NCBI GenBank assembly: GCA_964658025.1
Contig: CAZZXB010000089.1
Location: forward strand, 1-12,659
DNA: 12,659 bases
Origin: an uncultured Janthinobacterium sp.
GTDB lineage: Bacteria > Vulcanimicrobiota > Vulcanimicrobiia > Vulcanimicrobiales > Vulcanimicrobiaceae
Direction: 5' to 3'
Below the pieces are notes generated by a model. It searched no databases. It was given only the letters and a program-made list of their open reading frames with translations, and had not been told where the DNA came from. The translations under genes and the position numbers were made by a program. This document shows, in pieces, positions 1-8,816 of this stretch. Position 1 is the stretch's first letter, and every line of letters begins with the position of its first letter.

Positions 1-346
1 GGGGGACCCCGTTGGGCCCCTGCGTGGACTGCGCATAGGTGCCGACGGCGAAAGCCACCGCGGGCCCGGTGACGGCCAGCGTGCCGCGGTCGACGTTCGC
101 GATCGTGTCCGCGGCTCCCTGATAGTTCGGGTCGAACGGGACCCCGGGGCGACCGCCCCACAGCCGAGCCTGCGTGGCGGTCTTGCGGCCAGAGGACCCG
201 GTCGTGATGCCGCCGATCGGTATCCCGGCCCGCAGGAACGCGCTGTAGTCGCTCGCCAGGCCCAGCGGCATGTCGGCGGGTCGCACGCCGGCGAGGTTCA
301 GGTAGCCGGCCAGGGTCCGTTCAACGCCTGCCGACCCGACGGGTAC
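1..346 (-). CDS. C-terminal fragment of an M28-family (LpqL/aminopeptidase-like) peptidase homolog, actinobacterial-like; partial, runs off the window; in the same open frame as the MalQ fragment
   Basis: Manual translation: VPVGSAGVERTLAGYLNLAGVRPADMPLGLASDYSAFLRAGIPIGGITTGSSGRKTATQARLWGGRPGVPFDPNYQGAADTIANVDRGTLAVTGPAVAFAVGTYAQSTQGPNGVP. The SDYxxF..GIP.GG..TG...K......WGG..G..FDPNY...D pattern is typical of M28 aminopeptidase C-termini. It is not in the ORF track because there is no stop in the window. Confidence 0.75.
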
Positions 347-661
347 GCGCGCGGCGGGAACGTCGGCGCGAAATTCCGCGACCGACTCGACGTCGATGTA
401 GATCGGATTGAGAAAATAGCGGCTCGACGGCGAGTACGGACTCGCCGCTTCGGGATCGAGATAGTGCAGTGCGTGGAGCGGGTTGACGCCGAGCGTGTCC
501 GCGTCGATCGACGCGGCCCACGCCACGACGGCGCGGAGGTCGCCGAAATCGCCGATACCCCAGTTGCGAGCGGAACGGAGCGCGTACAGATTGACCGCGA
601 TCCCCCACGCGCGCGCGCCGCGTTCGAGTTCGGGCGGAAGGTAGGCGACGTCGGGCGTCAT
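347..661 (-). CDS. malQ: 4-alpha-glucanotransferase (amylomaltase, GH77), N-terminal ~105 aa only; truncated at an apparent junction
   Basis: ATG at 661 overlaps the glgX stop (ATGA). Translation MTPDVAYLPPELERGARAWGIAVNLYALRSARNWGIGDFGDL...LGVNPLHAL...ASPYSPSSRYFLNPIYIDV carries the GH77 motifs WG...LY.LRS..NWGIGDFGDL, NPLHA and SPYSPSSR..LNP.YID. Confidence 0.88.
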
Positions 662-2766
662 TCGATCGGTTTCGGACGCGATTTGAACAGCACGAACGAG
701 CGCGCGCCGATCGCGTGCGTCGGACCCATCGGAATCGGATCGTTGACGTTGCCGCGCGGATCCCCCGCCGTGTCGAGATAGAGATCCCACGGCCCCTCGG
801 TCGTCGGAAGCGTGAGTTCGAGTTCCGCATCGTGGGCGTTGAGAAAGATCAGGATGCATCGTTCGCCCTCGGCCGTCGTATCGTCGCCGCAGAACATCAA
901 TCCGACCGCGCGGCGTGCGCCGTCGTACCAGTCGCCGCCGCTCATCTCGGTGCCGTCGATGCGCAGCCAGACGACGTCCTTGCGCTTGCCGTCGGCGACC
1001 TCGCCGCCGTGGAAGAACCGCTCGCGATGGAGCGCGGGGCAACGCCTGCGTAACTCGATGACGGCCGCCACGAAGTCGTGCAGATCGGGATCGTCGGGCG
1101 ACGACCAATCGAGCCACGATACGGGATTGTCCTGACAGTAGGCGTTGTTGTTGCCGCGCTGAGATTTTCCCAATTCGTCGCCGGCGAGGAGCATCGGCAC
1201 GCCTTGCGAGCAGAGCAGCGTCGCGATCATGTTCCGACTCTGTCGCGCGCGGAGCGCGCGAATCGCCGGATCGTCGGTCGGGCCTTCCACGCCGCAGTTC
1301 CAACTGTTGTTCGCGTCGCTCCCGTCGCGATTGTCCTCGCCGTTGGCCTCGTTGTGCTTGCCGTTGTAGCTGACGAGATCGCGCATCGTGAAGCCGTCGT
1401 GCGCGGTGACGAAGTTGATCGACGAGCGGACGCGACGGCCGCCGTGCTCGAAGAGATCGCTCGAGCCCGTCAGACGGGACGCGAGCTCGGGCACGAGTCC
1501 GTCGTTACCCTGCCAGAAACGGCGGACGCAGTCGCGATACTTGTCGTTCCATTCCGACCATCCGGCCGGAAACCGTCCGACCTGATAACCGCCCGGCCCG
1601 ACGTCCCACGGTTCGGCGATCATCTTGACGCGCGCGAGCACCGGATCTTGAACGACCGCTTTGAAAAAACCGCTGTGTAGATCGACGCCGCTCGGACCGC
1701 GCGCGAGCGCGGGCGCGAGATCGAAACGGAACCCGTCGACGTGCATGTCCTCGACCCAATACCGGAGCGAATCCATCACCATCTGGAGCACGCGCGGGTG
1801 ATCGAGATCGAGCGTGTTGCCCGTCCCCGTCACGTCGTCGTAGTAGCGCTTGTCCTCGGCGAGCCGATAGTACGATGCGTTGTCGATGCCGCGAAACGAG
1901 AGCGTGGGACCGGCCTGATTCCCCTCGGCCGTGTGGTTGTACACGACGTCGAGGATCACTTCGATGCCGGCGTGGTGGAACTGCTTGACCATCGTCTTGA
2001 ATTCGTGGAAGCTGTCGCCGCTGAGATACGGCCCGTGCGGCGCGAAAAACGAGAGCGAGTTGTAGCCCCAATAATTTCGCAGGCGTCGTTCGGCGAGATG
2101 GCGATCGTCGACGAATCCGTGCACGGGCAAGAGTTCGACCGCCGTGATCCCGAGCCGCTTGAGATACTCGAGGACCGGCGGCGACGAGAGCGCGAGGTAC
2201 GTCCCGCGCATCGGAGCCGGAACGCCGGGGAACTGCATCGTGAACCCCCGGACGTGGAGCTCGTAGATCACGGTATCGCTCCACGGCGTGCGCGGCGCGC
2301 GATCGGTGCCCCACGTGAACGCGGTGTCGACGACGACCGATTTCGGCATCCCCGACGCGTTGTCGCGTCGGTCGAACGAGAGATCCGCGCGCGGCGCGCC
2401 GAGTCGATATCCGAAATGCGCGTCGCTCCAGCGCAGGCCGCCCGCGACGGCTTTCGCGTACGGATCGAGCAAGAGTTTGTGCGGGTTGAAGCGATGCCCG
2501 CGCGCGGGGTCGTAGGGGCCCGAAACGCGGAAGCCGTAGCGCAGGCCGGGCCTCGCGTCCGAGACGTAGCCGTGCCAGATGCCGTTCGAGTAACTCGGTA
2601 ACGGCAGGCGGTGGAGTTCGCGTCGTCCGCGCTGATCGAAGAGGCAGAGCTCCACGCGCTCGGCGTGATCGGAGAAGAGCGCGAAGTTCACGCCCATGCC
2701 GTCCCAGGTCGCGCCGAGCGGGTAGTGCGATCCCGCGTCGACCGCCGGTCCGCGGACGCCGATCAT
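658..2766 (-). CDS. glgX: Glycogen debranching enzyme GlgX (isoamylase-type, GH13_11), 702 aa
   Basis: N-terminal YPLGATWDG..VNFALFS; NYWGYN, ILDVVYNHTAEG, and catalytic motifs DGFRFDLA, IAEPWD and FVTAHDG; GNNNAYCQDN. Start placed at ATG 2766, which overlaps the upstream stop (ATGA), rather than 2805. Confidence 0.96.
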   Translation of the reverse strand: MIGVRGPAVDAGSHYPLGATWDGMGVNFALFSDHAERVELCLFDQRGRRELHRLPLPSYSNGIWHGYVSDARPGLRYGFRVSGPYDPARGHRFNPHKLLLDPYAKAVAGGLRWSDAHFGYRLGAPRADLSFDRRDNASGMPKSVVVDTAFTWGTDRAPRTPWSDTVIYELHVRGFTMQFPGVPAPMRGTYLALSSPPVLEYLKRLGITAVELLPVHGFVDDRHLAERRLRNYWGYNSLSFFAPHGPYLSGDSFHEFKTMVKQFHHAGIEVILDVVYNHTAEGNQAGPTLSFRGIDNASYYRLAEDKRYYDDVTGTGNTLDLDHPRVLQMVMDSLRYWVEDMHVDGFRFDLAPALARGPSGVDLHSGFFKAVVQDPVLARVKMIAEPWDVGPGGYQVGRFPAGWSEWNDKYRDCVRRFWQGNDGLVPELASRLTGSSDLFEHGGRRVRSSINFVTAHDGFTMRDLVSYNGKHNEANGEDNRDGSDANNSWNCGVEGPTDDPAIRALRARQSRNMIATLLCSQGVPMLLAGDELGKSQRGNNNAYCQDNPVSWLDWSSPDDPDLHDFVAAVIELRRRCPALHRERFFHGGEVADGKRKDVVWLRIDGTEMSGGDWYDGARRAVGLMFCGDDTTAEGERCILIFLNAHDAELELTLPTTEGPWDLYLDTAGDPRGNVNDPIPMGPTHAIGARSFVLFKSRPKPIE

Positions 2767-5468
2767 CGTTCGACCGCCGTGGCGGGCACCGCGTCGTACC
2801 GCCATTCGAGCGGCGATTTTCCGGCGGACTCGTACTCGCCGATCTGCTGTACGAGCTTCGCCACGAGCGCGGTCCAGCCGGTTTGATGCGACGCGCCGAT
2901 CCCCGCCCCGTTATCGCCGTGGAAGTATTCGTGGAAGAGGAAGAGATCGCGGAAATGCGGATCGTTCTGAAATTTTTCGACGCCGCCGTTGAACGCGCGC
3001 CTCCCGTTCTCGCGCGCGAAGATGCCGAGCAAGCGATGCGAGAGTTCCGTCGCGACTTCCCACAGCGTCAACCGCACGCCCGAACCCGTCGGAAATTCGA
3101 CACGATATTCGTCTCCGTAGAAGAAGTGGAAGTTCTGGAGCGCTTCGATGATGAGGTAGTTGATCGGTATCCAGATCGGTCCGCGCCAATTCGAGTTTCC
3201 GCCGAAGAGCGGACTGCGCGATTCGGCCGGCTCGTAGGCGATGGCGAATCCGACGCCGTCGACGTCGATCGAGATCGGATGCGCTTCGTAGTATTTCGAG
3301 AGCGAGCGGATGCCGTACGCGCCGAGGAACTCCGTCTCGTCGAGCATCACGCGCAGCAAGCGTTCGAGCTTGTCGCGATCGAGCACGGCGAGCAGGCGCC
3401 GGTCCTCCATCCCGCCTTCGTCCATCCGCGCCACGTTCCGGCTGAGCTCGGGTCGGTTCTCGATGAACCACGCGACGCGTCGCCGAAAATTCGGCAGCTT
3501 CGCGACGAGATCGTCCTGCAACGTTTCGACGGCGAAGAGCGGGATGAGGCCGACGAGCGAACGGACGCGCATCGGGTGGGTCTCGCCGCTCGGCAGGACG
3601 AGTTTGTCGTAATAGAATCCGTCCGCTTCGTCCCATAGGCCCGGCGCGTCCGCGCTCCCGTTCATCGCGTTCGCGATGTAGAGGAAATGCTCGAAGAACT
3701 TACTCGCGACGTCCTCGTAGGCGACGTCGTGCTGCGCGAGTTCGAGCGCGATCGCCATCATGTCGAGCGCGTAGACCGCGACCCAGCTCGTCGAGTCCGA
3801 TTCGATGATGTGTCCGCCCGTCGGGAGCGGTTCGCTGCGGTCGAAGATTCCGATGTTGTCGAGCCCCATGAAGCCGCCGGCGAAGACGTTCGCGCCCGTC
3901 GGATCCTCGCGGTTGACCCACCAGGTGAAGTTCATCAATAATTTGTGATAGACGCGCTCGAGAAAGACGTAGTCGGCGATGCCGTACATCTTGTGTTCGA
4001 TCTGGAACACGCGATACGCCGCCCACGCGTGGACGGGCGGGTTCACGTCGCCGAGCGACCACTCGTACGCCGGAAGCGCGCCGCTCGGATGCATGAACCA
4101 GTCGCGCGTGAGCGCGATGAGTTGCGCCTTCGCGAAGGTCGGATCGACGAGCGCGAGGACGACCGTGTGGAAGGCGAGATCCCACGCGGCGTACCACGGA
4201 TACTCCCACGTGTCGGGCATCGACATGATCGAGTCGTTGTAGAGATGCTTCCACTCGGCGTTTCGGCCGTTTTTCCGTTCGGGCGGCGGGGCCGGTTGTA
4301 ACGGGTCGCCCGCGAGCCAATCGCGCACGACGTAGAAGTAGAACTGCTTGGACCAGAGCAGTCCCGCCATCGCGGCGCGTTGGATCGCGTGCGGTTCCGC
4401 GGCCGACGGATACGGATCGAGCGCCGCGTAGAAGCGGTCGGCCTCCCACGCGCGCTCGCGAAACGTTTCGTCGAATCCGCCGTCGGCATCGGCGATCGCG
4501 TCGGCATCGCTCGCGAGTCGCAGGCAGACGCTCCGCGCCGCACCCGGCGCGATGTCGAGCACGTAGTGGAGCGCGAGCTTCGACCCGAACGGTTCGGGAT
4601 TCGTCGCGCCCGTCTCGCCGCGGACCACGGCGCGATCGATGCCGTCCTTCACGTACGGTCGCGCGTTCGGCGTGCCGAAGAGCGCGGCGTCGTTCGTCTC
4701 GTTTTCGGTGTAGAGCGGCGTCGCGCCGGAACGCGCTTCGAGACGGTACGTTCCGAGCGTCTCGTGCGTCGCGACGTAGACGTTGGGTCGCACGGGATCG
4801 GGGACGATGCGGCCGTGCGGCTGACCCGCGGACCAGGACCATTCGTTGCGGAACCAGAGCTGCGGGAGCACGTGCAACGTCGCGTTCGCGTCTCCGCGAT
4901 TGGTCGCGGTGATGCGCGCGAGGATGTCGGTCGGCGAGCGCTTCGCGTACTCGACGACGATGTCGAAATACGCGTCGTCGTCGAAGATCCCCGTATCGAC
5001 GAGTTCGAACTCCGCGTCGTCGCGCGTGCGTCTCGCGTTCTCCGCGAGCAGGCGGTCGTACGGAAACGCGCGGTGCGGATATTTGTAGAGCGCCTTCATG
5101 TACGCGTGCGACGGCACGTTGTCGAGGAAGTAATAACACTCTTTGACGTCCTCGCCGTGATTGCCCTGATGGCCGCCGAGTCCGTAGAAGCGTTCTTTGA
5201 GGATCGCGTCGTTGCCGTTCCAGAAGGCGGGCGCGAAGCAGAGGTGCTGGTGTTTGTCGGAGATGCCGAAGATGCCGTCCTCGCCCCAACGATACGCGCG
5301 CGAGCGCGCGTGTTCGAACGGAAGGTACGACCAGGCGTCGCCGTCCGCGCTGTAGTCCTCGCGAACCGTGCCCCATTGGCGTTCGCCGAGATACGGTCCC
5401 CAAAGCGACCAATGTTCGGTGCGCGTCGATTCGGCTTCGACGCGTCCGCGCTCGGGGTTCCAATCCAT
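2763..5468 (-). CDS. MGH1-like / GH63-type (alpha/alpha)6 glycoside hydrolase ('glucosidase'), ~901 aa
   Basis: Family motifs WGPYL.ERQWGTVREDYS, RSRAYRWGEDG, NHGEDVKE, MPD.WEYPWYAAWDLAFH, GLDNIG.FDRS, GGNSNWRGPIW, F.EYFHGDNGAG.GASHQTGWT. Start at ATG 5468 (MDWNPE) has GGAG 13 nt upstream. The extension to 6008 in the ORF track is antisense to fdh. Confidence 0.88.
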   Translation of the reverse strand: MDWNPERGRVEAESTRTEHWSLWGPYLGERQWGTVREDYSADGDAWSYLPFEHARSRAYRWGEDGIFGISDKHQHLCFAPAFWNGNDAILKERFYGLGGHQGNHGEDVKECYYFLDNVPSHAYMKALYKYPHRAFPYDRLLAENARRTRDDAEFELVDTGIFDDDAYFDIVVEYAKRSPTDILARITATNRGDANATLHVLPQLWFRNEWSWSAGQPHGRIVPDPVRPNVYVATHETLGTYRLEARSGATPLYTENETNDAALFGTPNARPYVKDGIDRAVVRGETGATNPEPFGSKLALHYVLDIAPGAARSVCLRLASDADAIADADGGFDETFRERAWEADRFYAALDPYPSAAEPHAIQRAAMAGLLWSKQFYFYVVRDWLAGDPLQPAPPPERKNGRNAEWKHLYNDSIMSMPDTWEYPWYAAWDLAFHTVVLALVDPTFAKAQLIALTRDWFMHPSGALPAYEWSLGDVNPPVHAWAAYRVFQIEHKMYGIADYVFLERVYHKLLMNFTWWVNREDPTGANVFAGGFMGLDNIGIFDRSEPLPTGGHIIESDSTSWVAVYALDMMAIALELAQHDVAYEDVASKFFEHFLYIANAMNGSADAPGLWDEADGFYYDKLVLPSGETHPMRVRSLVGLIPLFAVETLQDDLVAKLPNFRRRVAWFIENRPELSRNVARMDEGGMEDRRLLAVLDRDKLERLLRVMLDETEFLGAYGIRSLSKYYEAHPISIDVDGVGFAIAYEPAESRSPLFGGNSNWRGPIWIPINYLIIEALQNFHFFYGDEYRVEFPTGSGVRLTLWEVATELSHRLLGIFARENGRRAFNGGVEKFQNDPHFRDLFLFHEYFHGDNGAGIGASHQTGWTALVAKLVQQIGEYESAGKSPLEWRYDAVPATAVER

Positions 5469-5549
5469 CGCGTAGGGCGTTCTCCGTCGCACGGGTCGCT
5501 CTTTCCGCGCGGCCGCGGGGCGACGTCCGATTCCGGGTACGACCCTCGC
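5469..5549. promoter_or_regulatory. Divergent intergenic region expected to hold promoters for both clusters
   Basis: It is the only substantial non-coding gap, between head-to-head genes. It has a minus-strand GGAG (5482-5485) and a plus-strand GGGTAC (5535-5540) 9 nt before ATG 5550, with no evident SD for fdh. Exact promoter elements are not resolved. Confidence 0.55.
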
Positions 5550-8500
5550 ATGCTCGGTGCGTCGGATCTCGCAACCATCGGCGCCCGGATCTTCGGTCGC
5601 CTCCGTTTGCGCGAGCGCGTCGGCATGGTACCGAACGTGGAGTCCGCGCGTTCGCGCGCGCTCGAATCGCGGACCGAACGCGGTCGCGCGGTGACGAGCG
5701 TCTGTCCGTACTGCGCCGTCGGATGTAGCACGCTCGCCTACGTCGACGATGCGGGGAAGCTCCTCGACGTCGAAGGCAACCCCGCGAGCCCGATTTCGGG
5801 CGGAAAACTCTGCCCCAAAGGGTCGGCCATCTTCGGTATGACCGTCAACGAGGCGCGCTGGACCACGGGGAAGTATCGCGCGCCCAATAGCGACGTGTGG
5901 GAAGAGAAGCCCGTCGATTGGATGCTCGATCGGATCGCGGAGCGCTTCAAGGAGTCGCGCGAGCGGACGTTCGTGCGCGATCTGCCGAACGGGAAGCGCG
6001 TCAACCACACGCTCGGCATCTGTTCGCTCGGCGGCGCGACGTTCGGCATCGAGGAGAACTATCTCTTACAGAAGCTGTTCAAGGCGTGCGGCGTCGTGTC
6101 GGTCGAGAATCAAGCCCGAATATGACATAGCTCGACGGTGCCGGGTCTCGGCGCCTCTTTCGGTCGCGGCGGCGCGACGACGTTCGTGCAGGATCTCCGC
6201 AACAGCGACTGCATCTTGATCGAAGGCTCCAATTTCGCGGAGTGTCACCCGGTCGCGTTTCGCTTCGTCATGGAAGCGAAGGAGCGCGGCGCGACGATCG
6301 TGCACGTGGATCCGCGCTTCACGCGTACCTCCGCGCTCGCCGACATCTACGCGCCGCTGCGGAGCGGTTCGGATATGGTGTTTCTCGGCGCGCTCATCAA
6401 TCGCGTGCTCGAGACGGAGCGCTACTTCGCGGAATACGTCTCCGCGTACACGAACGCGTCGTTTCTCGTCGGTGAGGATTTCGTCGACACGGAAGATCTC
6501 GACGGGTTGTTCTCGGGCTTCAACACGGGCGATCCGTCCGACCCGCATCCGCACGATCGCGGGAGCCAGGCGATGATGGGCAACGATTGCGGGACGGGCG
6601 CGCCCGGAACCTACGATCAATCGTCGTGGCAGTTCGAGACGGAGACGGTCCCGCGTTTCGACGGCGCGGGGACGGTCGAGGTGCCCAAGCGCGACGAGAC
6701 GCTGCGGCATCCGCGTTGCGTGCTGAGCGTGTTGCGCCGTCACTTCGCGCGCTACACGGTCGATCTCGTCGAGGAGACGTGCGGCATGCCGCGCGATTCG
6801 TTCGAGAAGATCTTCGAGGCGCTCGCGAGCAATAGCGGTCGCGAACGCACGACGTGCTTCGCGTACGCGGTCGGTTGGACGCAGCACACGGTCGGCGTGC
6901 AGTACATCCGGACGGCCGCGATCTTGCAGATGTTGCTCGGTAACGTGGGGCGGCCGGGCGGCGGGATCATGGCGCTGCGCGGACACGCGAACATCCAAGG
7001 CGCGACCGACGTTCCGACGCTCTACGACATGCTCCCGGGATATCTGCCGATGCCGTCGGCGTTGCGCGAGGAGCAGACGCTCGCGGACTACCTGCGCGGC
7101 ATCACCGTGCCGACCGGCTGGTGGGCGAACGCGCCGAAGTACGTCGTGTCGCTCCTCAAAGCGTACTACGGCGACAAGGCGACGCCGGAGAACGATTTTC
7201 TCTTCGAGCACCTGCCGCAGATCGCGGGCGATTACTCGGCGCTACCGACGCAGATCTCGATGAAGGACGGCTACGTCGAAGGCTACTTCGTGATCGGTCA
7301 GAATCCGGCGGTCTCCGGGCTCAACGGCGAACTCGCATGCGCCGCGATGGGGCGGTTGAAGTGGATGGTGGCGATCGACGCGTACGAGACGGAGACGGCG
7401 TCGTTCTGGAAGCGCGAGGGCGCGGATCCGGCGCGAATCGGTACGGAAGTGTTCGCGCTTCCCGCGGCGACGATTCTCGAAAAAGAAGGCACGATGGTCA
7501 ATACGAATCGCCTGTTGCAATGGCACGATCGGGCGATCGCGCCCGTCGGCGAGGCGCGTTCGGATCTCCGGTACTTCTACGAACTCGGCAAGCGGTTGCG
7601 CGCGGCGTACGCGGACTCGACCGATCCGAAGGACCGTCCGCTCCTCGATCTCACGTGGGACTACGAGAGCGACGATCCGGCCGAACGTGCCGCGGGCGAA
7701 CCCTCGGCGCACAAAGTCTTGCGCGAGATCAACGGATACTATGCGGAGCCGGGCGTCGCGCCCGACGACGCACGACGCGTCGACGCGTTCGCCGATCTCG
7801 CGGCCGACGGTTCGACGGCGAGCGGCTGTTGGATCTTCACGGGCGTCATGGCGGGCGATACGAACCACGCGCGCAATCGGCACGGCGACGACGACGCGTC
7901 GCTCGGTTGGGGTTTCGCGTGGCCCGCGAATCGGCGCATGCTCTACAATCGCGCGTCGGCGGACCCGCAAGGCGAGCCGTGGAGCGAACGCAAGAAGTAC
8001 GTCTATTGGGATGCGGACGAGCGGACGTGGACGGGGCTCGACGTCCCCGATTTTCCGCTCGACAAAGAACCGGGCGCGCCCGCGAAGCCCGGCGCCTCGG
8101 GCGTCGACGCGCACGCCGGGAGCGATCCGTTCATCATGCAACGCGACGGGCTCGCGCAGTTGTTCGCGCCGCGCGCGCTCAAGGACGGGCCGCTCCCCGC
8201 GCACTACGAACCGCTCGAATCGATCGTGCGCAACGCCGTCTACACGCAACAGCACAATCCCGTCTTGCGCGAATGGCGGCGCGACGACAATCCGTACAAT
8301 CCGATCGAGAGCTCCGATTTTCCGTACGCGCTCACGACGTATCGTCTCACCGAACATTCGGGGATCATGACGCGCTACGTGCCGTGGCTCGCGGAACTCC
8401 AGCCGGAACTCTTCGCGGAGATCGATCCGGAGCTCGCCGTGCTCAAGCACGTGCGGAGCGGCGACTGGGTGACGATCTCGACGCGACTCGGCTCGATCGA

Positions 8501-8816
8501 AGCGCGCGCGCTCGTGAGCGGACGGATGCGGACGCTGCGACTCGGGAAGGGTCGGCGCGTCCATCAGGTCGGCGTTCCGTATAACTACGGCGCGCTCGGG
8601 CTCGCGAACGGCGACGCCGTCGGCGAACTCATCCCGCTCGCGATGGATCCCAACGTCTCGATCCACGAGGCGAAATCGTTGTCGTGCGATCTCCGCGTCG
8701 GGCGGCGGTCGTCGTATCGACCGCACGACGGGGTCGCCGATCGGCCCGTGCCGCCGGCGCAACGGACCGAACACGGCACGTCGCGCGCGCACGGAAAGGA
8801 CGACGGGGTCCGCTGA
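5550..8816 (+). CDS. fdnG: Formate dehydrogenase catalytic (alpha) subunit, FdnG/FdoG-type Mo/W-bisPGD selenoprotein, ~1088 aa with Sec at codon ~192
   Basis: The 3' part of track ORF 4380..6125 and ORF 6138..8816 share a frame and are separated by a single TGA. FS0 motif CPYCAVGC...LCPKG; active site ENQARI-U-HSSTVPGLGASFGRGGAT; GWTQHTVGVQ; conserved ALRGHANIQG Arg; TTYRLTEH. Start 5550 preferred, 5625 is an alternative. Confidence 0.93.
6123..6125 (+). other. In-frame UGA recoded as selenocysteine (metal ligand of FDH)
   Basis: Context CAA GCC CGA ATA TGA CAT AGC. The TGA sits exactly at the Sec/Cys-His active-site position of FdnG/FdhF (ARV-U-H), and the frame continues for ~896 more codons. 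Confidence 0.92.
6137..6155 (+). promoter_or_regulatory. Bacterial SECIS element (upper stem-loop)
   Basis: GGUGCCG-GGUCU-CGGCGCC forms a 7-bp stem (one U-G pair) with a GGUCU loop, starting 11 nt after the UGA. This matches the spacing and GGUC apex of the E. coli fdhF minimal SECIS. A possible lower stem is CGAC 6133-6136 with GUCG 6163-6166. Confidence 0.82.

Noticed and set aside
330..360. Mobile-element end or att site at the junction
   Set aside because: No terminal inverted repeat, target duplication, transposase or integrase is visible.
321..830. 169-aa Arg-rich minus-strand ORF and the small plus-strand ORFs over glgX/malQ
   Set aside because: These are alternative-frame artefacts. 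The real frame is MalQ starting at 661.
2767..2805. Upstream glgX start at 2805
   Set aside because: It would overlap the glucosidase by 43 nt. ATG 2766 gives a canonical ATGA coupling.
4380..5549. 5' extension of the 581-aa plus-strand ORF
   Set aside because: It is antisense to the GH63 gene and Arg/Val-rich shadow translation. FDH-like sequence begins only after ~5550.
5469..6008. 180-aa N-terminal extension of the glucosidase ORF
   Set aside because: It is antisense to the fdh 5' region. Family motifs start shortly after MDWNPE at 5468, which has a GGAG upstream.
6138..8816. Stand-alone 892-aa FDH gene, or an fdh nonsense pseudogene
   Set aside because: It would lack the FS0 cluster and metal ligand. 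The single TGA falls exactly at the Sec position with a SECIS, and there are no other lesions.
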